The notes below the pieces were generated by a model. That model was not told the origin of the DNA, ran no database searches, and was given only the letters and a program-made list of their open reading frames with translations. The position numbers and the translations under genes were made by a program. Shown here one piece after another: positions 9,129-18,804 of a DNA stretch of 44,874 nt (position 1 is its first letter; the number at the start of each line of letters is the position of its first letter). The stretch comes from Planctomycetales bacterium 4484_113 (GTDB taxonomy: Bacteria > 4484-113): contig MVCR01000005.1 of NCBI GenBank assembly GCA_002050035.1, positions 1-44,874 on the forward strand, written 5' to 3'.

Positions 9129-11483
9129 GTGAAGAGAATCATCCTCATAATCGCGGCTGGTCTGATCGTGATTGGCGTCGCGCTCGCCATCTGGCGCGGC
9201 GTCATCTACCCACGCTCGCTGCGGTTTGAGCAGAAGATCGAGCGCGGCTACCTCCGACTCGCCAACGAGGAAGCTCTGGCGCAAGCAGCTTCTGCACCTA
9301 CGCCGGAGAATCTGAAGAAGCTGCTCCGAGTTCTTGTCCTGCGCGGCAACGTGGGCAGAGCGCAGGTTTTGTCGCGCCTTTACGGGCTCAGTGTGCCCTC
9401 GGTGGACACAGTCGAGGCTTTTCAGCGCCAGGTGCTCGATGAAGTAAAGCAGAAAGGCACAATCAAGAATCACTTCGCAGCCGGAGAGTTGAAGGATTTC
9501 AAGGGATTCCCGGTCTACGGCGTCCTCAAGTTCTTCGTCGGGTATCAGTTCGCGCTGCTCGGCGACTGGAACGCCGCCCGGGACTACTTCGCCCAAGCAG
9601 AGCGGGATGGCGTGGCACCGGAGCTCGCACCGTATCTGAAGTACTACTTCGCGCGAGCACTCATCATCAAAGGCGATGAGCCAGATAGAAAGCGCGGCAG
9701 CAAGATGCTCTCGTCACTGCTCACACCCACCGACACATACCATCTCAACGCGCGCATTCTCGTCAATCAGCTCAAGCTCGCCATCCAAAGTGGTGAGGTC
9801 TCCCGCTATCCCCGACTCCTTGAACGTATCCGCCGTCTGCATAATCGCTGGGAGTATGCCAAAGCACTCAACGATCTCGGAGCAGCGCACATGCATGCCC
9901 ACGAGCCAGAGAAAGCGCTACCACTGTTCGCGCAGGCACTTCTGGAGAAGAGCGTCTACGGCAGCAAAAAGGCATCGGTAGGGGGAATGTGGAGAGCGTT
10001 GCTGGACGAAGGAGCTACGCCCGAATCCACCAACGCCTCGTTTATCCCTGATGCGATCTATCGACTGGCGGAACTCATTGCCGGGACCAACCGCATTGTT
10101 GAAGCAACGCCGGCACTGGAGCAGATTGCAGATGATCCAACCTACGCTGAGGAAGTGCGCGGCGCGGCACTGGCAGCTGTTGCTCGCATCGGAGTGGAGG
10201 CTCCGGTCCCGCCAGACTACCAGGCACTCATCACACAGATCGAGAGACTCTCTCCTGGGAACGAGTGGATGCAGCTTGTTCATCTCAATTACGCGCGCCG
10301 CCTGGTCGCCGAAGGCAAATCGCGCCAGGCCGAGAACCAATACGCGCAAGCGGCGAAAATGGACGGTCCCTATTCCGACGATGCCACGATCGAGCACTAC
10401 CGACTACTCAAGGCGCGGGGCGGGCTCAACTTCGTGCTCACAGAGATGAAGCTGCTTGAAGCGCTCACAACGGATACGGCCTCGGAACATTTCTTGGAGG
10501 CGGCAGAAGAGCTCATTCCCCTCTGTCTGTATCGGCAGCAACGGGAACGTGCGTCAGCCCTCGTGGAGAAGGTTGCAGAAGTGGATGGTGCTCTTGCCAC
10601 CTACTGGCGGACTTTCCTGTCCGGGGAGCAGGAAGCCGATGCAGCTAATCTGCAGCCATCTGCACAGACCCCGCAGCTCAAGCGCTTCAGCTATTACGAG
10701 TTGGCATGCCGAAGGACAGTCAGCCGGGCGGACATCGTGCCGGGAAGCCTGTCGGCAGCACTCCAACCACCAGAGACCCCCGAGGAATTCCTCGCTGGCG
10801 TGTTCGCCACCGACCTCGCTCTCAGCGTTGCCGATGGGGAAGACATCCGCGACCTACCAGCAATGGCAGCAGCCATCGCCATCCACAACCTGGAGATAGG
10901 CAGCCTGCCGAACGTGAGTAGCTGGCACGCCACGAAGCTCCTTGAGAGCGGACAGCTGCAGAACCAACCGGTGCTGCCCTATGTGCTGGAGGTGGCGTAC
11001 CCTCGCCCGTATCTCGACACCACGCGCGCGGCGGCAAGGCGTTACGGAGTGGAGCCGGCGTTAATCTACGCAGTGATGAAGAAGGAAAGCAACTTCCGCG
11101 AGGACGCCGTTTCTGGTTCGGGAGCTGTTGGCTTGATGCAGCTCATGCCACCAACAGCAGCGCTGTTTGAACCCCGTCTTCCACCTGAGTTGCAGGACGC
11201 CCCACTCAATGAAGTCGGCAAGAACATCCATCTTGGGGCAGCCTATCTAGCCAGTCTGCAGGAAGCACTGGGAAGCGATCATCTTGTCCTAGCAGCCTAC
11301 AACGCTGGTCCGGGCACTCTCAAGGCGTGGAGGGAGCAGGTCGGTTCCGTGAGCGCTGAGCTCTTCATCAATCTCATTCCGAGTGCTGAGACCGAGAATT
11401 TCGTGAAGAAGACCCTCAAATACAAGAAAATCTACGAAATTCTGCTATCCAATGGTGTAGAGTCGATAGTTCGGGTAGAATAA
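9129..11483 (+). CDS. Membrane-anchored Slt-family lytic transglycosylase with TPR-like repeats
   Basis: N-terminal TM, long helical region, and C-terminal MKKESNF (catalytic Glu), AVGLMQLMP, AAYNAGPG and ETENFVKK motifs. Confidence 0.9.
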   Translation: MKRIILIIAAGLIVIGVALAIWRGVIYPRSLRFEQKIERGYLRLANEEALAQAASAPTPENLKKLLRVLVLRGNVGRAQVLSRLYGLSVPSVDTVEAFQRQVLDEVKQKGTIKNHFAAGELKDFKGFPVYGVLKFFVGYQFALLGDWNAARDYFAQAERDGVAPELAPYLKYYFARALIIKGDEPDRKRGSKMLSSLLTPTDTYHLNARILVNQLKLAIQSGEVSRYPRLLERIRRLHNRWEYAKALNDLGAAHMHAHEPEKALPLFAQALLEKSVYGSKKASVGGMWRALLDEGATPESTNASFIPDAIYRLAELIAGTNRIVEATPALEQIADDPTYAEEVRGAALAAVARIGVEAPVPPDYQALITQIERLSPGNEWMQLVHLNYARRLVAEGKSRQAENQYAQAAKMDGPYSDDATIEHYRLLKARGGLNFVLTEMKLLEALTTDTASEHFLEAAEELIPLCLYRQQRERASALVEKVAEVDGALATYWRTFLSGEQEADAANLQPSAQTPQLKRFSYYELACRRTVSRADIVPGSLSAALQPPETPEEFLAGVFATDLALSVADGEDIRDLPAMAAAIAIHNLEIGSLPNVSSWHATKLLESGQLQNQPVLPYVLEVAYPRPYLDTTRAAARRYGVEPALIYAVMKKESNFREDAVSGSGAVGLMQLMPPTAALFEPRLPPELQDAPLNEVGKNIHLGAAYLASLQEALGSDHLVLAAYNAGPGTLKAWREQVGSVSAELFINLIPSAETENFVKKTLKYKKIYEILLSNGVESIVRVE

Positions 11484-11507
11484 TAGTATGAAAGGGAGGT
11501 ATGGGCA

Positions 11508-11903
11508 TTGGTCAACAATTTCGAGCTCTTTTCCGACGCTAAGGCAACAGCGAGGCTGAGCAAACGTAACAAAGAGGAAAGGCTTAAGACAACGAGGGAG
11601 GCGTTCGAGGCTCAGCCAGACTCGCTTGACTGTGCTATCAGTTACGCTGATGCACTCTTCGACTCGCACCACTTGGATGAGGCTCTGGAGGTGCTTATGC
11701 ACGCTGAGAAGCTGGCAAAGGACAGTCCTGAAGTGCTCTACAACCTGGCGTTTCTTCTCAACCTACAGGGAGAGACCGAGAAGGCGGGCAAGTATTTCCG
11801 TCGCGTCATCAAGCTTTCAAAGGGACAATCCCTCGCCAAGAGCGCCGAGTACGAACTCTGGCGCATGGGCGAAAAGATGGAAGCGAAGTGGATGAAGCGC
11901 TAA
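11508..11903 (+). CDS. Small TPR-repeat protein
   Basis: TPR-like EVLYNLAFLLNLQGETEKAGKYFRRVI. TTG start preceded by GGGAGG. Confidence 0.75.
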   Translation: MVNNFELFSDAKATARLSKRNKEERLKTTREAFEAQPDSLDCAISYADALFDSHHLDEALEVLMHAEKLAKDSPEVLYNLAFLLNLQGETEKAGKYFRRVIKLSKGQSLAKSAEYELWRMGEKMEAKWMKR

Positions 11904-11949
11904 AGGCTTCCACTGACAGACCAACAAGTCCATGTGCTAGACTGGATTG

Positions 11950-12942
11950 GTGAAAATCCCACGCTACTTCATAGTAGATTCCCACCAAGATATCGCTTGG
12001 CACGTCTTCAAGTATCATCGTCCGTTCGCTGGGGTGTCGACCGGTGCCGAAGTGATGGTTACGCTGGACGCGCTCCTGCGCGGAGGAGTCGGCCTTTCGT
12101 TCGCTACCTACTTCGTGGATAGGGAAGCACCGCATGAAGCTCGCTGGCAGCGCCTGCAACGGGAAGCCGAGTTCTACCAGTCGCTCCCTCAGGAGTATGC
12201 GCAGGCGGTGCAGGTGCGCAATCTCTCCGACCTGGCCCGGCTTGAATCAGCTTTTTCCTCGGGAGAGAAAATATGGGGATTCTGCCTGCTGATGGAGGGG
12301 GCTGAACTTATCCGCTCCCCGGATGAGCTTGATCATTGGTATGAGCGAGGATTGCGCCTTCTCAGCCTTACCTGGAACGATGACAATCAGTGGGCGGCTG
12401 GAGCCAGGCAGCGCGGAGGGCTTAAGCCCGCAGGGAAACGCCTACTTGCCAGGATGGCGGAGCTCGGTTTCATTCTCGACGTTTCACACCTGAACCGCCA
12501 GAGCTTCTTTGAAGTGATGGAAGTATGGGATGGACCGGTCGTCGCCACGCATTCAAACGCAGACGCAATCTGCCCCCTCTTCCGCAATCTCACCGACAAA
12601 CAGCTCGCGCTCCTGTCTGAGCGTGAAGCCGTGGTAGGCGTGCTGCTCGGAAACGCTCTTCTTCAACCGGGATGGCAGGATGGCGATCCGCCGACTCCGC
12701 TGACGGTGGTCATGGCGCACATAGAGCACCTGATCCAACAGCTTGGCGAAGGTGGCGTTGGCATCGGATCGGACTTTGACGGCGGACTGACACCTGCGAA
12801 CACACCAGAAGGTCTCGATAGCGTTGCCGACCTTCCGCGAATTGGCGAGGCGATGTCAGAGCGCGGATTCAGCGATGAGCTTGTGTCAAAGGTCTTGGGA
12901 GGCAACTGGCTCCGCTTTCTGCGTCACCATCTGCCGCAATGA
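11950..12942 (+). CDS. Membrane dipeptidase family (peptidase M19)
   Basis: DSHQD, LMEGA, DVSH, THSN, RNLTD and IGSDFDG motifs. Confidence 0.92.
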   Translation: MKIPRYFIVDSHQDIAWHVFKYHRPFAGVSTGAEVMVTLDALLRGGVGLSFATYFVDREAPHEARWQRLQREAEFYQSLPQEYAQAVQVRNLSDLARLESAFSSGEKIWGFCLLMEGAELIRSPDELDHWYERGLRLLSLTWNDDNQWAAGARQRGGLKPAGKRLLARMAELGFILDVSHLNRQSFFEVMEVWDGPVVATHSNADAICPLFRNLTDKQLALLSEREAVVGVLLGNALLQPGWQDGDPPTPLTVVMAHIEHLIQQLGEGGVGIGSDFDGGLTPANTPEGLDSVADLPRIGEAMSERGFSDELVSKVLGGNWLRFLRHHLPQ

Positions 12943-12958
12943 AACTGCGTACTTCGCT

Positions 12959-14143
12959 CTAGCCTTCCACCTCGATCAGGATAGAATCGCCTTGACCACC
13001 TCCTGAGCAGATGGAGGCTATACCGAGTCCACCTCCGCGCCGGCGCAGCTCATAGGCCAGGGTCATCGTAACCCGGGTTCCACTCATCCCGATGGGATGA
13101 CCGAGTGCGATGGCACCACCGTTGACGTTGACCCGTTCAAAGTCCCAGTTCAGAATCTTCCCGCAGGCGAGAATCACCACCGCAAACGCCTCATTGAACT
13201 CAAGCAGCTTAATGTCTTCCAGCTTCTTGCCCGTCTTCTCCAGGAGCTTCTGGGTCGAGTATGCCGGCGCAACCGGGAACCGGTGCGGCTCCACGGCAAC
13301 CCACGCATAGTCTATGATGCGGGCGAGTGGCTTAATTCCCAGGGAATCAGCCACCTCACGGGTAGTGACCACCACGGCGCCGCCAGCATCATTGACGCCG
13401 GGAGCGTTGCCAGCGGTGATAGTACCATCTTTGGAGAAGGCAGGCTTGAGCTTCGCCAGCTTGTCCAGGGTGGTGCCGAAACGCGGGAACTCGTCCTGCT
13501 CAAACATCACAGGATCGCCTTTGCGCTGGGGTACCGGGAAGGGAGTGATTTCCTCAGCCAGTCGTCCTTCTTTGATCGCGGCTTCAGCAAGATTCTGACT
13601 GCGGCAGGCGTATTCGTCCTGCTCTTCCCGCGTGATACTGAACTCAGCAGCGGTACGATCGCCGTCATTGCCCATATGAATGTTGTCAAAGGCGCACCAG
13701 AGACCGTCGTGAATCATCAAGTCCACCAGTCTGTCATCGCCCATGCGCTTGCCCCAGCGAGTGGCATAAGAAGCGTAGGGAACCTGACTCATCGACTCCA
13801 TTCCACCGGCGATGATGAGGTTGGCCTGCCCTGCCCGAATCATCGTATCCGCCAGAGTGATGGCCCTCATCCCCGAAGCGCAGACCTTGTGGACTGTTAA
13901 CGATGGAATAGTAGGCGGAAGCCCGGCGCGAATCGCCGCCTGCCGGGATGGAATCTGACCGGCCCCCCCCATTACCACCATACCCATAATCACATCGTCA
14001 ACCCGCTCGGCAGCGATTCCATCGCGCTCCAACAGGGTCCTGATAGCGTGCGCCCCCAGGTCAACCGCCGGCACGTCCCTCAGCGTACCTCCATACTTAC
14101 CAATAGGCGTACGAGCGGCATCCAGGATTACTACATCGGTCAT
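12959..14143 (-). CDS. Acetyl-CoA C-acetyltransferase (thiolase)
   Basis: RTPIG, KVCASG (catalytic Cys), NEAFA, GGAIALGHPIG, CSGGG. ATG at 14143 has an AGGAGG SD. Confidence 0.97.
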   Translation of the reverse strand: MTDVVILDAARTPIGKYGGTLRDVPAVDLGAHAIRTLLERDGIAAERVDDVIMGMVVMGGAGQIPSRQAAIRAGLPPTIPSLTVHKVCASGMRAITLADTMIRAGQANLIIAGGMESMSQVPYASYATRWGKRMGDDRLVDLMIHDGLWCAFDNIHMGNDGDRTAAEFSITREEQDEYACRSQNLAEAAIKEGRLAEEITPFPVPQRKGDPVMFEQDEFPRFGTTLDKLAKLKPAFSKDGTITAGNAPGVNDAGGAVVVTTREVADSLGIKPLARIIDYAWVAVEPHRFPVAPAYSTQKLLEKTGKKLEDIKLLEFNEAFAVVILACGKILNWDFERVNVNGGAIALGHPIGMSGTRVTMTLAYELRRRGGGLGIASICSGGGQGDSILIEVEG

Positions 14144-14171
14144 GTCACTTCCTCCTAACGAAGTTGCCCCC

Positions 14172-14182
14172 ATTCTAGCACA
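14172..14182 (-). promoter_or_regulatory. Extended -10 promoter (TGTGCTAGAAT) for thiolase
   Basis: TGnTAGAAT about 29 nt upstream of the ATG, followed by the SD. Confidence 0.6.
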
Positions 14183-14191
14183 CACCCAGCC

Positions 14192-15073
14192 CTAACGCCG
14201 CCTGAATATGAGACGCAGGTAACTGGCCACAGTTGCACAATGACCTGCGAGCATCCGCTGGGGTAGGCGCAACGCCAGGTACCAGCGGAACCACGGCAAC
14301 GGTCGCAGGGTTTCAAGATGCCGCTCCATTAAAAGAGCCTGGTTGCGCAGGAGAAGGCTCCGCTTCCGACGGTCTGTCATCACCTGATCCATCGTTTGTG
14401 AGTGCAAGTGCCGCACGACCACCTGAGGAGCAACGGCGACTTTGTAACCGGCCTCTTCTGCCCGCAGACCCAGGTCCACATCCTCCCAGTATGCCGGAGC
14501 GAATTCGCTGGCGAAACCACCCAGCTGACGAAACAGCTCGCGCCGGCAGACGAAGAAGGCACCGCAGAGAGGCACCGGCACGGGCGCCTCTCCTTCAAGC
14601 GCTAATTGCAGTCTCCCGATATCGGCAAGGGGAAGCTCATCCCGAGACCTGAGCCATACGAGCCCGCGCCGCTTCCAGATAGTATTCACGTTCTCCACCC
14701 TTCCTAGCCCTTCAGCAAAGATGAGTGGCATTACTGCGAATACTTCCCGTTTCCGCGTGAGTAAATCCAGGAGAGGCGCAAAGGGATCGTTATCCAACCT
14801 GATGTCTGAGTTGACAAAAGCTAGGAATTCGCCACCGGCTGCCTCTGCTCCCCGATTGCAGTTACCGCCGAACCCCAGGTTCCGCTCTCCCTCAACGATC
14901 CTTACCCATGGGTAACTGGCGCGTATGAGAGAGATGCTCTCGTCGGTCGAAGCATCATCGGCAACAATAACTTCAGACAAAGGAACATTATCAACAACGT
15001 CACGAAGCGCAGTGAGCAGATCAGGAAGCAGTTTCTCACCGTTGAAATTCGGAATGACTATGCTGAGGTGCAT
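14192..15073 (-). CDS. Glycosyltransferase family 2 (WbbL/rhamnosyltransferase-like)
   Basis: SIVIPNFNG, VADDASTD, NLGFGGNCNRG, FVNSD, GGF..F.PAYWEDVDL, V.HLHS. Confidence 0.92.
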   Translation of the reverse strand: MHLSIVIPNFNGEKLLPDLLTALRDVVDNVPLSEVIVADDASTDESISLIRASYPWVRIVEGERNLGFGGNCNRGAEAAGGEFLAFVNSDIRLDNDPFAPLLDLLTRKREVFAVMPLIFAEGLGRVENVNTIWKRRGLVWLRSRDELPLADIGRLQLALEGEAPVPVPLCGAFFVCRRELFRQLGGFASEFAPAYWEDVDLGLRAEEAGYKVAVAPQVVVRHLHSQTMDQVMTDRRKRSLLLRNQALLMERHLETLRPLPWFRWYLALRLPQRMLAGHCATVASYLRLIFRRR

Positions 15074-15081
15074 ATGGCAAA

Positions 15082-15109
15082 GGCCCCGCTGCCAAACGGC
15101 AGCGGGGCC
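15082..15109 (-). terminator. Perfect 12-bp hairpin, likely the terminator of the PLD/NHL operon
   Basis: GGCCCCGCTGCC-AAAC-GGCAGCGGGGCC, followed by only TTT on the minus strand, 26 nt after the stop at 15136. Confidence 0.6.
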
Positions 15110-15135
15110 ATTCTAGCAAACGCCTGGATGCCTGC

Positions 15136-15840
15136 CTACGACGGAAGCGGCGTCAGACGAATCGTATCGTGCCTTGTCGTCTGGCCCGCCACAATGTGCA
15201 AGTCGCGCGTCAAGGTTATGTAATCCTCATGCATGAACTCCACCTGGTAGTCTCCAGCTGGAATGTCATCCATATTGAATCTCCCATGGATATCGGTTGT
15301 GGCAGACAGGGAAGTCCCGATGAGATGCACCGTCACTTCAGGAATCGCCTGATTAGTCACATCGTTGTACACTGCGCCCACATAGTAGCCCACGGTTGGC
15401 GGCAGATGCGGATAGAGATTGAAGTTGACGATGACCGTCTGGTCAGCTACCAGATCCACCGAGGCCGAATCAGTCGTGTAGCCAAACTTATCCGCGGTGA
15501 GGAAGTAGGTCGCCAGGGGCAAGCTCTCGAACCGATACTCACCATTGATGTTGGTCATCTGCGTTGCAACCAAACCGTTGGCATCGAGGATAGATACGGT
15601 AGCTTCAGAGATGGGAGATGGCGGCTGCGTCCCCATGTTGCGAACCAAGCCACCCACAGTGCCAAACTGCGGAGGCACCGGTTCGCCGAACACGCGCAAC
15701 CAGCCAATCCCTCCCCCTAGAGTATCCGCTACGAAAATAGTGCCGTCCAGAGATATCGCCACCTCACTGGGGGCAATCAGATGATTCCCGGAGGCGCCAC
15801 GGAAACCATCACCAATCTGAGACTTGAACTGCAGGTCCTT
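15136..15840 (-). CDS. C-terminal fragment of the NHL lipoprotein: last NHL repeat plus two carboxypeptidase-regulatory-like (beta-sandwich) domains
   Basis: LIAPSEVAISLDGTIFVADT is an NHL repeat. TNINGEYRFESLP..TYFLTA and TTDIHGRFNMDDIPAGDYQV are CarboxypepD_reg-like. No credible start of its own; overlaps the upstream ORF out of frame. Confidence 0.7.
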   Translation of the reverse strand, partial: KDLQFKSQIGDGFRGASGNHLIAPSEVAISLDGTIFVADTLGGGIGWLRVFGEPVPPQFGTVGGLVRNMGTQPPSPISEATVSILDANGLVATQMTNINGEYRFESLPLATYFLTADKFGYTTDSASVDLVADQTVIVNFNLYPHLPPTVGYYVGAVYNDVTNQAIPEVTVHLIGTSLSATTDIHGRFNMDDIPAGDYQVEFMHEDYITLTRDLHIVAGQTTRHDTIRLTPLPS

Positions 15841-16945
15841 GAGCGAAGCTGCCCGGCAGCGCGCCACCAGGCAGCCCCAGAATGCGGTTGTAGCCGTAGA
15901 CGTTGTCCACGATCCCGCCTATCGTGTATTCATAGGGAACAGCGGTTTTGTCCACGAAGACCGCACTCACGCCCACGAAATCGCATTCCAGGATATTATC
16001 CCCGAGGTAAAGACGCTGGGTATCGGTGCGTGACTGTGGATACTTGTTGGAAATGGCAAGCTGCCCCAGGCTGCCCACCTGGTCGCCGAGACCACCCCAC
16101 CGGAACGGGGCTCGCGACATGCTGACGTTCCCCTGGTCATCCTCCACTGCGATCTGACCCGTTGGTCGCGGGGAGATGAGGTAGTCCTCCTGCGGATCGA
16201 AGAAGTACATCGTCATAGGCCAGTCAGGGAAGGGAGGGGTACAAGGATTGTCCGTGTCCGTGATAACAACAATGGTACCCTCTCGGGTCACATCGGCATC
16301 ATAGGTGCGGGCAATGAGCATGGGACATGGAGGGAGGGAGTCCGGTGCCGGAGTTGTGGGTTGGATACCGTAACGCAGGTAATCCTCGACCCGGGGGAAG
16401 TCATAGCGCTTCAGCACATCTGGATAATCCGCGTGCTCGACCGTCACATCATCGTCCAGATTCGGAGCATAGACTGAGGCAATACCTCCGGGAGGACCCC
16501 ACTGCTCCTGAATCACTACCGGATACTCGGGAAATGGGTAGTGCGTCTCATCCCCGTCTCCCGGATTGGGATCAGGCGGGATAACCACCATGCTCACCGC
16601 GATGCTGGGAGTCGCCGCCGTATTCACGTAGTTGCCGTTCAGGTCAAAGGCGTGAATGGCAGCGGTTTCGGCGACGTACACGTAGTGGGAGGAAACGCCC
16701 ACTCCCCTGATATCACCGAAAGGAGCGTTGCCAGGCAGGGTGAACCGCCCCAGGCTGAAAGGTGTCTGCTCATTCGGATCCCCAGCCGGGGGACCACCAG
16801 CAGGCGGGGTGGGCAGAAAACCGCCGCCGCCCCCACCAGCAGGCGGAGCGCCTCCTTCTCCGTCATCACCGCCGCCACATGCTACCGTGACGGTCATTGC
16901 GACCAGCAACAGCACCCACAGCAACTTCTTCGCCAGATTCATCAT
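15809..16945 (-). CDS. N-terminal part of an NHL/beta-propeller-like lipoprotein, frame-broken near 15835
   Basis: Lipobox VTVA-C, Gly/Pro linker, and blade-like GVGVSSHYVYVAE..IHAFDLNGNYV. AGGGGA SD. Confidence 0.7.
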   Translation of the reverse strand: MMNLAKKLLWVLLLVAMTVTVACGGGDDGEGGAPPAGGGGGGFLPTPPAGGPPAGDPNEQTPFSLGRFTLPGNAPFGDIRGVGVSSHYVYVAETAAIHAFDLNGNYVNTAATPSIAVSMVVIPPDPNPGDGDETHYPFPEYPVVIQEQWGPPGGIASVYAPNLDDDVTVEHADYPDVLKRYDFPRVEDYLRYGIQPTTPAPDSLPPCPMLIARTYDADVTREGTIVVITDTDNPCTPPFPDWPMTMYFFDPQEDYLISPRPTGQIAVEDDQGNVSMSRAPFRWGGLGDQVGSLGQLAISNKYPQSRTDTQRLYLGDNILECDFVGVSAVFVDKTAVPYEYTIGGIVDNVYGYNRILGLPGGALPGSFAQGPAVQVSDW

Positions 16946-17006
16946 ATCTGTCCCCTTTGCAACATCATCTCATTGAATGTGCCAGCGAATCAGTGGGTAG
17001 CAGCGG

Positions 17007-18773
17007 TTAGAACGCGCCGCCGCCACCGCCACCACCGCCGCCACCGCCGCCGCCACCGGTGGCGATTTGCGGCGCGGAGATATCAAAATCGATATGCCTA
17101 ACTCCTCCCGGTGCGATATCGAATTGCTTCTGCTGCGGAATGAACAGCCCCAGCGGACCTCCCTCGCTGTCCACCACCACGCATGTAACCGTGATCCGAC
17201 CTGCGGGCACAACAAGGATGTAGCTGTGGTCGGGGTTGGTGAACTCGTTCTGGTCAAACGTCGGATAGACGTAAGGACTCAGAGTGCTGCCGAAGAAGTA
17301 CTCGCCAGTAACCGTCCACTGGATATCCAAGGGAATCGTTACCATATCACCATTCTCATCCTGGTACGTGTACTCCTCCACGAAGTTGCGAACCCTACCG
17401 TGGATGAGCCCGGTGGAGACATCCGCCAAGCTCGGGTCGCGCGGTACATCGGTGCCGGTACCGTTAGTGGTGAAGGGATACATTAGGGCAAGCTGACCGG
17501 TCTCACGAACATCAGCCGGCACCATTTGACCCCCATAGTTTGGAGCTTGCATCCAGAAAATGTAGTGATACTTGGTGGTCAGAACCAGACCGCGCAGAAT
17601 CACCATTGCCTCGTCATTCAGGCTGAAGCCCTGCTCAGTCCAGTTTCCAGTGCTTACAGCCACCGCGGGCACTCCGCTACCCATCGCGTGGTCGGCGTAA
17701 AGCACCTTGTCGTTCACCTGAGCACCCACGTTAACCCAGGCAGCATCGGGAGGCTGATTTATCACCAGAGTCGCCGGAACCGCGTCGTCTCCACTAATGA
17801 GACTCAACAGGTAGTCATAAATCGCATTCTCTTCAGCATCACCGAAGGCACCGATATCGTTAACGAGCAGATACATCATCCGATCCTCAGGGGCACCGGC
17901 ACCAACGCCGCCAGCGAGCCACTGCCCGAGGAGATTGGCGAAGCTGACGCTGGAGAACTGCTGCACCATGCCGATTACGGTCCTTGACTGCTCGACCTCG
18001 TTCATCAGCAGGTCGGACAGCTGGTCGGTGGGTCCGAAGTAGACCTCAATCACGCCCATACCGCCGGCCACGCTGAAGGCGTGACGAATGGAATCCCGCT
18101 TTTCAGCGCCGAACCTGTGCTCCACGAACATCTGGTCGAACTGATCTTCGAAAGCTGCCGCAACATCTGCGTTGTTGATAATGAGGACATCGCCGATTGT
18201 CCGCTCGCATCCTTCGACCGACCAGTTGTAGCTGCCCATTACAACCTTCGCTCCATCAATGACCATGAAGCGAGAGTGCATCAGGCGCGGCTCACCATCG
18301 TTATCCGTCCGCACTTCGATGTTGGGGTGAGCATCCAGTTGCAGAATGAAGGGCCGGTACCGATTGTCCTCGGCATAGGCCTTCTCCGTAACGATGCGGA
18401 TAGGCACCTGCGAGGCCTTTGCCAGAAGAGCATCCACCAGTTCCTGCCGGTTGACCCGCAACACCGCGATATCTAAGCTCATTTGCGCTTCCGCAATCAG
18501 ACCGAAGATGGGGTCGTAGTTCTTCGGATCATCCGTGAAGTCCTGCTTCTCTGAGGATTTCACGACTCGATAGGTGTTATCAACAAAGTAAGCCTGCACT
18601 CCATTGAAAAGCTCCCATGGATGCGCCGCGCTGCCGGGCTCAACGTTCTGAGGCGTCGGCGTCGTGGTGCTTTCGTCATCACCACCTCCGCAGGCGTAGA
18701 GAAGTAACGCCAGCACCATCAGAGCGATTGTTATCCATATCCGCGACACACGCGAAAACCGGGACTGCGTCAT
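17007..18773 (-). CDS. Phospholipase D/Nuc-like fold lipoprotein with two non-canonical HKD motifs
   Basis: Lipobox LLYA-C; SLDIAV, MHSRFMVID..VVMGSYNWS, IEVYFGP, VNDKVLYAD..STGNWT..NDE; C-terminal beta domain and Gly14 tail. GGAGG SD. Confidence 0.82.
   Translation of the reverse strand: MTQSRFSRVSRIWITIALMVLALLLYACGGGDDESTTTPTPQNVEPGSAAHPWELFNGVQAYFVDNTYRVVKSSEKQDFTDDPKNYDPIFGLIAEAQMSLDIAVLRVNRQELVDALLAKASQVPIRIVTEKAYAEDNRYRPFILQLDAHPNIEVRTDNDGEPRLMHSRFMVIDGAKVVMGSYNWSVEGCERTIGDVLIINNADVAAAFEDQFDQMFVEHRFGAEKRDSIRHAFSVAGGMGVIEVYFGPTDQLSDLLMNEVEQSRTVIGMVQQFSSVSFANLLGQWLAGGVGAGAPEDRMMYLLVNDIGAFGDAEENAIYDYLLSLISGDDAVPATLVINQPPDAAWVNVGAQVNDKVLYADHAMGSGVPAVAVSTGNWTEQGFSLNDEAMVILRGLVLTTKYHYIFWMQAPNYGGQMVPADVRETGQLALMYPFTTNGTGTDVPRDPSLADVSTGLIHGRVRNFVEEYTYQDENGDMVTIPLDIQWTVTGEYFFGSTLSPYVYPTFDQNEFTNPDHSYILVVPAGRITVTCVVVDSEGGPLGLFIPQQKQFDIAPGGVRHIDFDISAPQIATGGGGGGGGGGGGGGAF
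17016..17057 (-). repeat. GGY trinucleotide run encoding 14 consecutive glycines
   Basis: Fourteen GGC/GGT codons immediately before Ala-Phe-stop. Confidence 0.95.
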
Positions 18774-18804
18774 CTTGCGCCTCCAGATAATGCTTAACCG
18801 CGAT

